Positions 19,988 through 31,368 of a stretch of DNA of 64,000 nucleotides are shown one piece after another. Origin of the DNA: an uncultured Chroococcidiopsis sp. (GTDB taxonomy: Bacteria > Cyanobacteriota > Cyanobacteriia > Cyanobacteriales > Chroococcidiopsidaceae); the NCBI GenBank assembly GCA_964248365.1, contig CAXTYC010000001.1, positions 32,001 to 96,000 on the forward strand, written 5' to 3'. The notes below the pieces were generated by a model, which saw nothing but the letters and a program-made list of their open reading frames with translations, did not search any database and was not told the origin of the DNA. The position numbers and the translations under genes are program-made. Positions within the stretch are counted from its first letter, which is position 1. Each line of letters begins with the position of its first letter.

Positions 19988-21001
19988 ATGAGGAATTTTA
20001 GCACTGCGATCGCCTCTGTCTGCTTGTTCGTTACATTAGCGATCGCGCAAGCTCGTAACGCAATAAAGTTAGAAAAGGGAATGGAATCTAAATTTCTGGT
20101 TCAATTACCCAACCGCAAGGAAAATAAAGAAATTAGAGCGATCGCACCTGTCTCAATCCTCCCTACTAGGGGGGACACAAGGGGGGTTGAAAGGTTAGCT
20201 ACAGGCTTAAAGTTTACCGAAGGACCACTGTGGAACGTGGGTTTTTTACTCTTTAGTGATATACCAGCAGACACTCTATATAAATTAACTGCAAACGGTA
20301 AGTTGGAAGTATTCCGCCATCCAGCCGGAAAACCCAACGGTAACACCCTCGACCAAGCAGGACGACTCGTTACAGCCCAGCACGATCGCCGCGTTACCCG
20401 TACTGAGAGAAATGGTAAAATCGTTACCCTAGCAAGCCAGTACAAAGGCAAGAAACTCAATAGCCCTAACGATATTGTTGTTAAATCGGATGGTAGCATT
20501 TATTTCACTGACCCACCCTACGGCGTTAGTAAAGAAGCAGAGGAGCTAGGCTTCTATGGAGTTTATCAAATAAATCGGAATGGAAAGTTAATCTTACTTG
20601 TCAAAGACATTGAACGCCCTAACGGACTTGCCTTCTCACCAGATGAGAAAAAGCTGTACATAAATGATTCCCAAGAAGGTAACATCCGCGTCTTTGATGT
20701 AAAAGCAGATGGCACTCTAGAAAACGGACGTGTCTTTGCAGACATGAAAGTCCCAGGTCAAGAACCTTTAGCCGATGGCATGAAGGTAGACTTGCAAGGC
20801 AACGTCTATTCTACAGGGCCAGAAGGTATCTGGATCTTCTCACCACAAGGTAAATTGCTAGGCAAGATTTTCTTACCGGAAAATCCCACTAATATAGCTT
20901 GGGGCGATAAAGACTACAAGACTCTCTACATTACCACATATACAAGCATTTATCGCATTCGTCTGAAAATTCCAGGTATTAGACCAGGCACAAGGGAGTA
21001 G
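19988..21001 (+). CDS. SMP-30/gluconolactonase/LRE-family protein with signal peptide
   Basis: FTEGPLW, NSPND, FTDPPYG, RPNGLAFS, DGMKVD. Confidence 0.9.
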   Translation: MRNFSTAIASVCLFVTLAIAQARNAIKLEKGMESKFLVQLPNRKENKEIRAIAPVSILPTRGDTRGVERLATGLKFTEGPLWNVGFLLFSDIPADTLYKLTANGKLEVFRHPAGKPNGNTLDQAGRLVTAQHDRRVTRTERNGKIVTLASQYKGKKLNSPNDIVVKSDGSIYFTDPPYGVSKEAEELGFYGVYQINRNGKLILLVKDIERPNGLAFSPDEKKLYINDSQEGNIRVFDVKADGTLENGRVFADMKVPGQEPLADGMKVDLQGNVYSTGPEGIWIFSPQGKLLGKIFLPENPTNIAWGDKDYKTLYITTYTSIYRIRLKIPGIRPGTRE

Positions 21002-21172
21002 GGAGCAGGGGGAGCAGGGGAATCAGGGGAGAAAACAACCATTTGCGCCTCTAGCTATAGCGCCTCTAGCCACTGATTAAGGAGTAATCACCCTTGTGGA
21101 GGAGTGATGAAAAGTCAGTGGCAACAAGGATCAAAATAGGAACACACTTTTTAGCACACTGACACGCTTCTA

Positions 21173-22609
21173 ATGCACACAACTAGCAAACTGTCAACAA
21201 AAAAAGCTTGGGCAAAAGCGATCGCCTCTCCCGCCGCCGAATTTCCCCCTACTTCGCTACCAATCCTTGCTGGTGAAATTCCTCCTCGCTTGCGTGGCAC
21301 TCTCTATCGTAATGGTCCGGCACGATTAGAACGCGGCGGGATACGGATGGGACATTGGTTTGATGGTGATGGTGCAATTCTCGCAGTGCATTTCACGGGG
21401 GGATCGGCAGCCACTGGACTATACCGCTACGTGCAAACAACTGGATACCAAAAGGAAGCAGCGCATGATCAACTTTTATACGGCAACTATGGCATGACCG
21501 CCCCAGGATTGTTTTGGAATAAATGGTTCAAAGCAATCAAGAATGTAGCTAATACCTCAGTTTTGGCTCTACCAGATAAACTTTTAGCATTGTGGGAAGG
21601 TGGTAAACCCTATGCCCTAGATCTACAATCTTTGGAAACTAGAGGAGAAGATGACTTATCTGGGTTGGATAACATCTTACCTTATTCCGCTCACTACAAA
21701 CGCGATCCCCATACTGGCGAAATATTTAACTTTGGCATTACCCCTGGAATCAATGCCCAGTTGAATTTGTATAAGAGCGATCCCACAGGTAAAATTATCC
21801 AAAAAGCCTCATTCTCCCTTGAAGGTATTCCCGTCGTGCATGATTTTGTCATGGCTGGGCAGTACCTGATATTTTTCGTTCCTCCAGTGCGGTTAAATGC
21901 GCTACCAGTACTCATGGGTTTGAGCAGCTATAGTGACTCTTTAGAATGGCAACCTCAGTTAGGTACTCAGTTTCTCGTTTTTGACCGCGAAACCTTCTCT
22001 CTTGTTAGTCGTGGTGAAACCCAACCTTGGTATCAATGGCATTTCGCCAATGGTTATGTAGATACCAGTGGTTCAGTAATTGTCGATTTGGTGCGCTATG
22101 AAGACTTTCAGACCAATCAGCATCTCAAGGAAGTGGCAACAGGTCAAACCCATACTCCTGCTAATAGCACATTATCGCGGATAACCTTGGAGCCTCAATC
22201 TGGGAAAGTAAAAGCAATTGAGCAAGTTTTAGACAGAGATTGTGAGTTTCCTATTATACCACAACATTTGACAGGACAAGCATCGCGTTATACCTATCTT
22301 TCAGTACATCGGCAAGGCGCGGACACTAGCGAGGAAATGTATGGAGCGATCGCACGATATGATCGTCAAACTGAAAATCTCACAATCGCTGATATGGGCG
22401 CTCATCGCTATCCGATGGAACCAATATATGCCCCAGATCCTCAAAATCCAGACAAAGGTTGGATTGTAACTGTTGTTTATGATGGCAATATAGATCAAAG
22501 TGAGGTGGTGGTGTTAGATAGCGATCGCCTCGATGAATCTCCTGTTTGTCGGTTGGGATTACCTAGTGTTGTACCGATGGGTTTTCATGGTACTTGGCGA
22601 CAAGCGTAA
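21173..22609 (+). CDS. Carotenoid oxygenase-family (RPE65-like) dioxygenase
   Basis: YRNGP, HWFDGDG, SAH, VHDF, WHFAN, GFHG iron-ligand histidines. Confidence 0.92.
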   Translation: MHTTSKLSTKKAWAKAIASPAAEFPPTSLPILAGEIPPRLRGTLYRNGPARLERGGIRMGHWFDGDGAILAVHFTGGSAATGLYRYVQTTGYQKEAAHDQLLYGNYGMTAPGLFWNKWFKAIKNVANTSVLALPDKLLALWEGGKPYALDLQSLETRGEDDLSGLDNILPYSAHYKRDPHTGEIFNFGITPGINAQLNLYKSDPTGKIIQKASFSLEGIPVVHDFVMAGQYLIFFVPPVRLNALPVLMGLSSYSDSLEWQPQLGTQFLVFDRETFSLVSRGETQPWYQWHFANGYVDTSGSVIVDLVRYEDFQTNQHLKEVATGQTHTPANSTLSRITLEPQSGKVKAIEQVLDRDCEFPIIPQHLTGQASRYTYLSVHRQGADTSEEMYGAIARYDRQTENLTIADMGAHRYPMEPIYAPDPQNPDKGWIVTVVYDGNIDQSEVVVLDSDRLDESPVCRLGLPSVVPMGFHGTWRQA

Positions 22610-22709
22610 AGTTTATTGGATTTAGTGTCACGCAAAGACGCAAAGGCGCAAAGATTTTGTTAGTGTCTTTGCGTGAGACATTAATTTCCCAGAAGGAAGT
22701 ATAAGATTC

Positions 22710-23279
22710 ATGGCTTATTACTGGTTTAAAGCGTTTCATTTAGTTGGGATTGTTGTTTGGTTTGCTGGGTTGTTTTACCTGGTGCGTCTGTTTATCTATC
22801 ATGTTGAAGCTAATGAACAGCCCGAACCAGCTCGTTCGATTCTCAAAAATCAGTATCAGCTGATGGAACAACGGTTATACAGTATCATTACTACGCCTGG
22901 AATGTTGGTGACGATAGCGATGGCGATTGGTTTAATCACTACTGAGCCTGATGTTCTAAAGCAGGGTTGGTTACATTTCAAGCTGGCGTTTGTCCTGGCT
23001 TTGATTGGTTATCATCATTACTGTAAGCGACTGATGAAGCAGCTGGCAAAAGATGAGTGTGGTTGGAGTAGTCAGCAGCTAAGAGCTTTGAATGAAGCGC
23101 CTACCTTAATGCTAGTGGCGATCGTTTTGTTAGCTGTATTTAAGAATAATTTACCTACAGATATCACTGCTTGGGTGATTGTAGGCATGATAGTTGCAAT
23201 GGCAGCAAGTATTCAGTTATACGCCAGAAAACGCAGATTGGACAAAGAAAGGCTCTTGACAGAAGTACCACAGGAATAA
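22710..23279 (+). CDS. hemJ: Protoporphyrinogen oxidase HemJ
   Basis: WFKAFHL...WFAGLFYLVRLFIYH...RALNEAPT. Confidence 0.93.
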   Translation: MAYYWFKAFHLVGIVVWFAGLFYLVRLFIYHVEANEQPEPARSILKNQYQLMEQRLYSIITTPGMLVTIAMAIGLITTEPDVLKQGWLHFKLAFVLALIGYHHYCKRLMKQLAKDECGWSSQQLRALNEAPTLMLVAIVLLAVFKNNLPTDITAWVIVGMIVAMAASIQLYARKRRLDKERLLTEVPQE

Positions 23280-23307
23280 CCGTAGGGTGGGCATTGCCCA
23301 CCTTATT

Positions 23308-23699
23308 TTATATTTGCTGTATATGCTGCTTTAAAAGCAAAGAAAGTTCTTCCTTACTCATCTCCCCTTGCGCTACTTGGATCACCGTGTTGTAAGATTC
23401 CTCGTTAGAAAGAGCTAGGTTATACCCATTCAGACGCAAAAACGCTTCCATCGCACCATAGGCTGTACGTTTGTTGCCATCCAAAAACGGATGGTTTTTT
23501 GCCAGGTGATAAAGGTAAGCAGCTGCTTGCTGATGAATTGTAGGATGCAGTAGCTCACCAAAGAATGACGCTTTGGGCTGGGAAACAGCAGATTCTAGCA
23601 ATCCCTGTCTCTCACGCCAGACATTCCACCCAACAGTTCAATCAGAATTTGATGAATGTCAAGCACGTCAGCTATTTCTAAAAATTTAGGAGTCTGCAA
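23308..23699 (-). pseudogene. Doc/Fic-family toxin, frameshifted near 23603
   Basis: HPFLDGNKRT motif; N-terminus (TTG)QTPKFLEIADVLDIHQILIELLGGMSGVRD is in another frame, one base missing before LLESA. Confidence 0.82.
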
Positions 23700-23874
23700 G
23701 GCGCTGGTAAACCTCCTTGCGTTCTTCTAGAGAAGCTAAAAAAGCTTGAACTGCTTTAGTATGGGTTTTTTCTTGTGGCTTCACCTTCAAAGAGCGTACC
23801 AATGCTAGCACCTCTTCTAACAAGGGTTCTGGTACTTGCTCAATTTCTTTAATAATTTGTTCTTTAGTATTCAT
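23686..23874 (-). CDS. Small putative antitoxin upstream of Doc
   Basis: 62 aa, ends RKEVYQRLADS, overlaps the toxin start. Confidence 0.75.
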   Translation of the reverse strand: MNTKEQIIKEIEQVPEPLLEEVLALVRSLKVKPQEKTHTKAVQAFLASLEERKEVYQRLADS

Positions 23875-24014
23875 AGTCCCCCATCCAATGTTGGTATGCC
23901 ACCCATGCCCACCTATACAATCTATCTATACCTATTATCCCCCTCCCCTCCACACGACTTCAATCACAAAAATCTATAATTAAAAGTTGGAAAGCTCTTT
24001 GTCCGTAAATCCTG

Positions 24015-25361
24015 ATGACCACTTCTAACCGCCGCTACCACATCACCACCTTCGGATGCCAGATGAACAAAGCCGACTCGGAGCGGATGGCTGGTATCAT
24101 AGAAGATCTGGGCTTTGAGTGGTCGGAAGACCCGAATAATGCAGATTTAATCCTCTACAACACCTGTACGATTCGGGATAATGCCGAGCAAAAGGTTTAT
24201 TCCTACCTGGGACGACAAGCAAAGCGCAAGCAAGAACAGCCTGGTTTAACTTTAGTGGTTGCTGGTTGTGTTGCTCAGCAAGAAGGAGAAGCGCTGCTGC
24301 GACGAATACCAGAATTAGATTTGGTAATGGGACCACAACACGCAAACCGTCTGCAAGATTTGCTCGAACAGGTGTTTGACGGTAATCAGGTGGTAGCAAC
24401 AGAACCAATTCATATTGTCGAAGATATCACTAAACCCCGTCGTGACAGCAAGGTAACGGCTTGGGTAAATGTGATTTATGGTTGCAATGAGCGCTGTACC
24501 TACTGCGTTGTTCCCAGTGTACGCGGCGTGGAACAATCTCGCACACCAGAAGCAATTCGTGCAGAGATGGAAGAATTGGGACGACAGGGATATAAAGAAG
24601 TAACCTTACTCGGTCAGAATATTGATGCTTATGGTCGGGATTTGCCAGGAGTGACACCAGAGGGACGGCATCAGCACACACTGACAGATTTACTGTACTA
24701 TGTGCATGATGTGCCAGGAATTGAGCGAATTCGGTTTGCTACGAGTCACCCGCGTTATTTTACCGAACGTCTAATTCGAGCTTGTGCCGAGTTACCAAAG
24801 GTGTGCGAGTATTTTCATATTCCCTTTCAGTCAGGGGATAACGAGGTGCTAAAGCGCATGGCGCGGGGATACACTCATGAGAAATATCGCCGGATTATTG
24901 ATACAATTCGTCGATATATGCCGGATGCGTCAATTAGTGCTGATGCCATTGTTGCTTTTCCTGGGGAAACCGACGAGCAATTTGAAAATACATTGCGGTT
25001 AGTTGACGATATTGGTTTTGATCATCTCAATACTGCTGCTTATTCACCTCGTCCAGGCACACCAGCAGCCCTATGGGAGAATCAATTGAGTGAGGAAGTT
25101 AAGAGCGATCGCCTACAACAATTAAATCACCTGGTTGCAACAAAAGCAGCTAAAGCGTCGCAGCGTTATCTCGGACGCATCGAACAAGTTTTGGTAGAAG
25201 ACCAAAATCCCAAAGATCCCCATCAAGTAATGGGAAGAACACGCGGCAATCGTCTCACTTTTTTTAACGGTAATATAGACGGGCTAAAGGGTCAATTAGT
25301 AACAGTTAAAATTACTTCTGTTCGGGCTTTTAGCTTGACAGGTGAGCAGTCACCAAGGTAG
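24015..25361 (+). CDS. miaB: tRNA-2-methylthio-N6-dimethylallyladenosine synthase
   Basis: [21 protein letters not shown] radical-SAM motif, C-terminal TRAM domain. Confidence 0.96.
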   Translation: MTTSNRRYHITTFGCQMNKADSERMAGIIEDLGFEWSEDPNNADLILYNTCTIRDNAEQKVYSYLGRQAKRKQEQPGLTLVVAGCVAQQEGEALLRRIPELDLVMGPQHANRLQDLLEQVFDGNQVVATEPIHIVEDITKPRRDSKVTAWVNVIYGCNERCTYCVVPSVRGVEQSRTPEAIRAEMEELGRQGYKEVTLLGQNIDAYGRDLPGVTPEGRHQHTLTDLLYYVHDVPGIERIRFATSHPRYFTERLIRACAELPKVCEYFHIPFQSGDNEVLKRMARGYTHEKYRRIIDTIRRYMPDASISADAIVAFPGETDEQFENTLRLVDDIGFDHLNTAAYSPRPGTPAALWENQLSEEVKSDRLQQLNHLVATKAAKASQRYLGRIEQVLVEDQNPKDPHQVMGRTRGNRLTFFNGNIDGLKGQLVTVKITSVRAFSLTGEQSPR

Positions 25362-25395
25362 TGTTAGACCCATTACCTAAAGGAGACTTAATCCT

Positions 25396-26250
25396 ATGCC
25401 TCTTAACAAGAAATATTTGGGAATAGTAGGAATATTAACCCTACTATTCCTGGCAATATCTACAATTGGCTGGTTTGCGATCGGTCAGATTACTCTGATT
25501 TTTTCTCTAGTATTAATGCTTGGAATATTAACGGCAATCCAACTTACAATTTATCAAAAAAACCAGGAAAGCTTGCAAAAGTTGAGTCAAAACTTGAGTC
25601 AACATTTTAGTCAAGAAAGCAATAATAATTATAAACAAATAGAAGCACTGTTTTCAGTATATTCCGTATTAAACAACTCTCAACCATTACCGCCTATGAG
25701 GGGTTGGGCAATTTCCCCAGATTTTGCCAATATAGTTATTAATTTAATATCCGAGAAAAAACCCCAGGTAATTGTAGAACTAGGAAGTGGTGTATCAACT
25801 ATAATTTCTGCCTACTGCCTTAAAAGTATTGGTGGGGGTAAAGTCATATCAATCGATCAGGATAAAGAATATGCCGAAATTACAAATCAAAATTTAGCTA
25901 AACATGGATTACAAGATGTTGCCCAGGTACATTATGCACCACTTAAAGAAGTAGAAATAAACAACAAAAAGTGGTTTTGGTATGATACTGCAACACTTAA
26001 GGAAATTAACAATATTGATATACTAATCGTTGATGGACCCAAGCAAGCAGGACAGCAAGAAAAATTAGTACGATATCCAGCACTGCCAATTCTATTTGAA
26101 TACTTAAGCAATAATCCAGTCATTATTCTTGATGACGCTGACAGAGAAGATGAAAGAAAGATTGCACAATTGTGGATAAAAGAGTTTAATAGTTTTAAAA
26201 TGGAAAATATTAGTACTGAGAAAGGTACAACTATATTAAGTAAAAGTTAG
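25396..26250 (+). CDS. Class I SAM-dependent methyltransferase with two N-terminal TM helices (AT-rich)
   Basis: VELGSGVST, ISID, LIVDGP, ILDDADR. Confidence 0.82.
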   Translation: MPLNKKYLGIVGILTLLFLAISTIGWFAIGQITLIFSLVLMLGILTAIQLTIYQKNQESLQKLSQNLSQHFSQESNNNYKQIEALFSVYSVLNNSQPLPPMRGWAISPDFANIVINLISEKKPQVIVELGSGVSTIISAYCLKSIGGGKVISIDQDKEYAEITNQNLAKHGLQDVAQVHYAPLKEVEINNKKWFWYDTATLKEINNIDILIVDGPKQAGQQEKLVRYPALPILFEYLSNNPVIILDDADREDERKIAQLWIKEFNSFKMENISTEKGTTILSKS

Positions 26251-26438
26251 ATTCGGCATTTTAACCAACTTGAGCGCTAGAATTGGTTTGAGATGTTTAG
26301 TATTCTGCCGCCCCTTCAGGCAGAGCATTATATGATTTTTGTTCACAAGTTGGGCAAATTGTCAACGACAATTACGACAAATTTAACAAGTGAACTGCAA
26401 AGCAATGCGATAAAACTATAGTCCCCAAGTCCTTTGTA

Positions 26439-26795
26439 TTACCAATCTTTTTCAATGACACTGCCGTAATATATTAAAAGGTCAAAAATATCAGTATGAA
26501 AATCGGCATATTTTCTTTCACCATCTTTTTTAATTTGAAAGTCAATTATGTCAGCTTCTATTTCATTAACCCTTTCAGAATCAATCATAAACTATTTGAT
26601 TTCATCACACTTAGAAAAAACTATACGATAGCTTAATTTATCTATTGGATGATAAAGGAAGTATATTATTACAGTTTCTCCCCATTGTGTAAAGTTGATA
26701 TCAGTAATTAAAGATGTAAAGCTCTCTAATCCGAGAAAGTTAAACCCATCAACTATTTTCTTCTTTCCTTCTGAAAAATTTACATATTCAGCTAT
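26439..26795 (-). pseudogene. Decayed ~118-aa gene, possibly a toxin-immunity-type protein
   Basis: AGGAG 7 nt upstream of an ATA codon (26795); one in-frame TAG (26594-26592); TAA at 26441-26439. Confidence 0.55.
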
Positions 26796-27179
26796 AACTT
26801 TACTCCTTTTAAAAATGATGAATTTATCTAAATCTTGAACACCAGGTATTGGATTACTACTTGCATATTGTGTTGCTATTTCTCCTGTTCATAGCACGTA
26901 GCGAAAACCTTTATTTATTCTCTGGCTACCTTTTTTCGTTGTTCCAAATGTTTTTATATAATTAACTAAGCTAGTGGTTGAATTGAATTTTATTTTTCCT
27001 GTTGCTTATCTTTTGCACTTTTTCTTTACTTTAATCTTGCCCCAATCCCTTCTAAAGTAGGCCACCCACGCCCACCGAATTTTGTAATGGTGGGCGTGGG
27101 TGGCATACGCTATTAGCTCGAAATTTATTTCCAAGGCTGCTGATAAAAAACTCAAAAATAGAAACAGCAAAGAAACCAA

Positions 27180-28457
27180 ATGAAAAAATTTAAAACACCT
27201 CGGTTCAACATTGTTATAACAACCCTGGTTAGTATCTCGGTTTTATTCTTGCTTTGGTTTACGACGGGGCTACCGACGCTTTCCCAACCGCAAGCTAAAG
27301 TTTTTGATCAAGTTTGGCAAACTGTCAACAACAACTTTTACGACCCCAAATTTAACCAAGTGGACTGGAAAGCAATGCGGGAAAAGTATAAACCCCAAGC
27401 AGAACGAGCTAAGTCTAGCCAAGAATTTGCGAGTGTCATCAATCAGATGCTCTCCGAGTTGCGGGCTTCTCACACTCGCTTTTACACCCAAAATGAACCA
27501 GCCTATTACCAACTTTTAGGAATTTTTCAGCCCAGGAGCGAAGAATTACAGCAGCAGTTAAAGAAGTTTTTTCCAAAAGGCAAGATTGAATACACTGGCA
27601 TTGGTGTGTTTACAAAAGATATCAAGGGCAAAACTTTTGTCAGTGCTATTCTAGACGGAAGTCCGGCTGCAAAAGCTAGGTTGAAGGTAGGAGATCAATT
27701 GCTGAGTGTGGACGATCGCCCATTTGAACCAATTGGGTCTTTTATAGCAAAAGCAGGTCAAAAAGTCAAGGTATTAATTCAGCGATCGCCTCTTCTTAAA
27801 AGCCAGCAAGAAATCATCGTCACGCCGCAGCTAACGGACGCAACTACAATGTTTTTGAACGCTCAAGCATCCAGTAGCCAAGTAATTGAACGTGGGGGCA
27901 AAAAAATTGGCTATATTCATATCTGGTCTTATGCCGGAGATCAATATCAGCAGCAGCTAGAGGATGAACTATTCTACGGTCGCCTTAAAGATGCAGACGG
28001 GTTAGTTTTGGATTTAAGAGAAGGATGGGGGGGCGCATATCCGAATTATCTCAACATCTACACTGCTAATGGTCCTAGCATAACCAGTATTGGGCGCGAT
28101 GGTAAGCGAAATAAGTCGAACTATCAATGGAAAAAACCCGTAGTTATGGTAGTAAATCAAGGCAGCAGGAGCGGTAAGGAAATTCTAGCCTTTGGCTTTA
28201 AGCAATACAAAATTGGGCAAGTGGTTGGCTCCAAAACAGCGGGAGCAGTGCTTGCTGGTCGTCCTTTTGTCATGCGCGACGGCAGCGTACTATACTTAGC
28301 AGTTGCAGATGTATATATCGACGACACACACAGGTTAGAAGGCTTGGGTATCACACCTGATATCAATGTTCCCTTTTCCATAGAATATGCTCAAGGCGCA
28401 GATCCCCAAAAAGAACGAGCAATAGAAACTGTACTAGCAGCACTTACTAGCCCCTAG
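27180..28457 (+). CDS. S41-family peptidase with PDZ domain
   Basis: SHT, IGYIHIWSY, LVLDLREGWGG, SRSGKE, TAGAV, LEGLGITPD. Confidence 0.9.
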   Translation: MKKFKTPRFNIVITTLVSISVLFLLWFTTGLPTLSQPQAKVFDQVWQTVNNNFYDPKFNQVDWKAMREKYKPQAERAKSSQEFASVINQMLSELRASHTRFYTQNEPAYYQLLGIFQPRSEELQQQLKKFFPKGKIEYTGIGVFTKDIKGKTFVSAILDGSPAAKARLKVGDQLLSVDDRPFEPIGSFIAKAGQKVKVLIQRSPLLKSQQEIIVTPQLTDATTMFLNAQASSSQVIERGGKKIGYIHIWSYAGDQYQQQLEDELFYGRLKDADGLVLDLREGWGGAYPNYLNIYTANGPSITSIGRDGKRNKSNYQWKKPVVMVVNQGSRSGKEILAFGFKQYKIGQVVGSKTAGAVLAGRPFVMRDGSVLYLAVADVYIDDTHRLEGLGITPDINVPFSIEYAQGADPQKERAIETVLAALTSP

Positions 28458-28517
28458 CCTCCAGCCCCTAGTAAGTGCTAGGCTATAGCCCATTAATTAG
28501 TGTCAGAGGTGCGGAGG

Positions 28518-29594
28518 ATGACGAAGCTGAGGGTAGGGTTGCTATTTGGCGGACGTTCTGGGGAACATGAAGTGTCGATTAGTTCAGCCAGAGCAATATT
28601 GAACGCTCTGAATGCCGATCCCAACAAAGATAAATACCAAGTGCTACCATTTTATATCCAAAAAGATGGATGCTGGCTAGCGCTCCAAACACCCCAAAAT
28701 ATATTAGATTCCGGCATCCCCTCGCTACCATCCCCAGACCAAACATCTAATCAATCCCTAAATTGCTGGGAATTTCCCTCGCAAGCAGCACAAGTCGATG
28801 TCTGGTTTCCCATTCTGCACGGTCCTAACGGTGAAGATGGGACAGTGCAGGGACTACTGAAATTAATGCAAGTTCCCTTTGTCGGTTCTGGGGTTTTAGG
28901 TTCCGCCTTGGGTATGGATAAAATTGCCATGAAAATGGCATTTGCTCAAGCCGGACTACCACAAGTAAAGTATATTGCCGTCAAGCGATCGCAAGTGTGG
29001 TCAAATCCTTGTATATTTCCCAAGCTTTGTGATGAAATAGAAGCAACTTTGGGCTATCCTTGTTTTGTTAAGCCTGCGAATTTAGGTTCATCCGTAGGTA
29101 TTGCAAAAGCGCGATCCCGTAGCGAGTTAGAAACAGCTTTAGATAATGCTGCAAGCTACGATCGCCGCATCATCGTAGAAGAATCTGTCGTTGCACGGGA
29201 AATCGAATGTGCAGTCTTGGGTAACGACAACCCTAAAGCTTCCGTTGTAGGAGAGATTACCTTTCAAAGTGATTTCTATGATTATGAAACCAAGTACACC
29301 GTAGGTAAGGCAGAGTGGTTAATACCTGCTAACATACCAGAGAAAGTTGCTACCTCTATCCAACAAATGGCACTGCAAGCTTTTGGGGCAATTGATGCCG
29401 CAGGTTTGGCACGAGTAGACTTTTTCTACATTGCAAATACTGGACAAGTTCTAATAAATGAAATCAACACCTTACCAGGCTTCACAGCAACTAGTATGTA
29501 TCCCCAAATGTGGGAAAAAAGCGGTATCCCCTTCCCAGAATTGGTAGATCAATTAATTCAATTAGCTTTAGAACGTCATACGACGGGTAAATAA
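28518..29594 (+). CDS. ddl: D-alanine--D-alanine ligase
   Basis: [47 protein letters not shown] before ATG 28518. Confidence 0.96.
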   Translation: MTKLRVGLLFGGRSGEHEVSISSARAILNALNADPNKDKYQVLPFYIQKDGCWLALQTPQNILDSGIPSLPSPDQTSNQSLNCWEFPSQAAQVDVWFPILHGPNGEDGTVQGLLKLMQVPFVGSGVLGSALGMDKIAMKMAFAQAGLPQVKYIAVKRSQVWSNPCIFPKLCDEIEATLGYPCFVKPANLGSSVGIAKARSRSELETALDNAASYDRRIIVEESVVAREIECAVLGNDNPKASVVGEITFQSDFYDYETKYTVGKAEWLIPANIPEKVATSIQQMALQAFGAIDAAGLARVDFFYIANTGQVLINEINTLPGFTATSMYPQMWEKSGIPFPELVDQLIQLALERHTTGK

Positions 29595-29679
29595 AGAAGG
29601 GAGTAGGGAGTAGGGAGTAGGGAGTAGGGGAAATAGCTTTTTTCCAATTACCAACTACTCACTCTTCTAAAATTTGCTT

Positions 29680-30471
29680 ATGGAAAATCAGAATACACAG
29701 CCAGAGCCATCTGAAACTTCTAGCTGTTCTAAAATGGAGCAGTCAAGGCGTGATAGGAGAAAACTAGCTAACTCAAATTTTCTGCTTAATTTGATTAAGC
29801 ATCGTCCTTGGTTACTTTGGATCGGTGTAGGAGCATTCCTTTTCACTACTATTTATATCTCTCTTGTAAGCATTACCCAAACGAGTTTTGTCAAAGAGGA
29901 AACCAAACCAATATCAGTAACCGCAAATCGAGAAACGACACAAAAAGACAGTTCTCTACCTTTGTGGTTGCTAGGGGCGGGGATTGTTGGTGGTTGCGCT
30001 GGTGCATTTGCGATCGCCTTACGGCATCCAAGTTCATCCTACAGGCATTGGGGGCGTTTCGGGACAACTCCAAAAGCGCTATCTCGTCGCCAAAAGCGAA
30101 TGCAAGCAGGACATTTGCCTTCTTTTCCACCTGTAGCATCCCAGGAAGTAGCCCCCTCAGTACCAACAGTATCAGTACCACTGCCTGAAAATCAGCTACC
30201 ATCGCCAGAACAAATCCCGCTTGAAGAAACAATAGTCATAGTATTAGATAGCCATTCACTTGATTTAGAAGAATCAACAGAACAATTACTGCCAGATGAG
30301 GAAATATTCACATTTACACAAGAGCGATCCCCCGTTTTAGTGCAAGATACAGAAGAAAATAACCCCTTGGCTACTAACACCCAATCATTAGTAGAAATGC
30401 TAGATCTCCGTCGCAAAATACCTCTATCTACCATATTGAGCGAAAGCTTTCAGCTTGGAGGTAAAAACTAG
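29680..30471 (+). CDS. Hypothetical membrane protein (2 TM, Pro/Glu-rich C-terminal region)
   Basis: Two hydrophobic segments; C-terminal SLVEMLDLRRK. Confidence 0.7.
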   Translation: MENQNTQPEPSETSSCSKMEQSRRDRRKLANSNFLLNLIKHRPWLLWIGVGAFLFTTIYISLVSITQTSFVKEETKPISVTANRETTQKDSSLPLWLLGAGIVGGCAGAFAIALRHPSSSYRHWGRFGTTPKALSRRQKRMQAGHLPSFPPVASQEVAPSVPTVSVPLPENQLPSPEQIPLEETIVIVLDSHSLDLEESTEQLLPDEEIFTFTQERSPVLVQDTEENNPLATNTQSLVEMLDLRRKIPLSTILSESFQLGGKN

Positions 30472-30799
30472 GAGTTAGAAGCATCTAAATTAAACCCCGA
30501 CAGTCTTGACTGCCCAAACTTGATATGAATGAACCATTGGGGTTGATTTATCAACTTCTTTCATGCTTTTCATTTAGTAACAAATATCACAGGGTTATTT
30601 TGTTAAATAAAGCTTGATTTTTTTCATTAAAACTACATAAATATTTAATTGCTTCTTTATATTTTATTTATACTAGCTTTATTTAAGCTACGAGAATTCA
30701 CCATACTCATTCAAGTTTACTGTCAAGTAAATTGAGAGATAAGTCTACCTGAAAACATCAGGACAATCTAAATCTCAATAAATATCAGTAATAGTGTAA

Positions 30800-31174
30800 A
30801 TGAAAACCACTATAAAATACTTAGCTTCTATTGTATCATCCCTTGGTTTATTTACAGTGACGTTAAGTTTTTCTTCGCCTGTTCAAGCATCAATACCATG
30901 TGAATATGGCACTATTAATCGTTATCAAAATGGTTCAATAGAAAGCTGTGTGATTAATAATATTGTTGGTATAACGCAAGGAAGTTTTGCTTTTTCATGT
31001 AAGCAAGGACAGTATATATATTTTGATGATAAGGCTCATTTCAAAAGCTGCGTTATTTCTATCCCTGTGGTAATTAGAACAGGTAATGATGTAAAAACTT
31101 GTCCTGAAGAATCTAGAGTGTATGTTTGGGTTTCAGAAGGTGGAAATCAATCTGTAAGTTGTCAACACTTGTAA
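30800..31174 (+). CDS. Small secreted protein with six cysteines
   Basis: Signal peptide ending VQA; three C-x15-19-C units. Confidence 0.7.
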   Translation: MKTTIKYLASIVSSLGLFTVTLSFSSPVQASIPCEYGTINRYQNGSIESCVINNIVGITQGSFAFSCKQGQYIYFDDKAHFKSCVISIPVVIRTGNDVKTCPEESRVYVWVSEGGNQSVSCQHL

Positions 31175-31368
31175 TAGAAAGTCGAAGCGTAGAAACTGGC
31201 GGTGGTTTTGGAGAACAGTACCTTCCACCTGACGGGTGCGACACATCCGGCGTAGAAACCCCAACCCACGTCGTTACACAAAAAAGCAATCTGACGAAAG
31301 CTAGAGGATATTTCAAATTTTGTTGAACAAACTTATAAAGTAAGACAACATTTTCAAAAGCGAATAGC

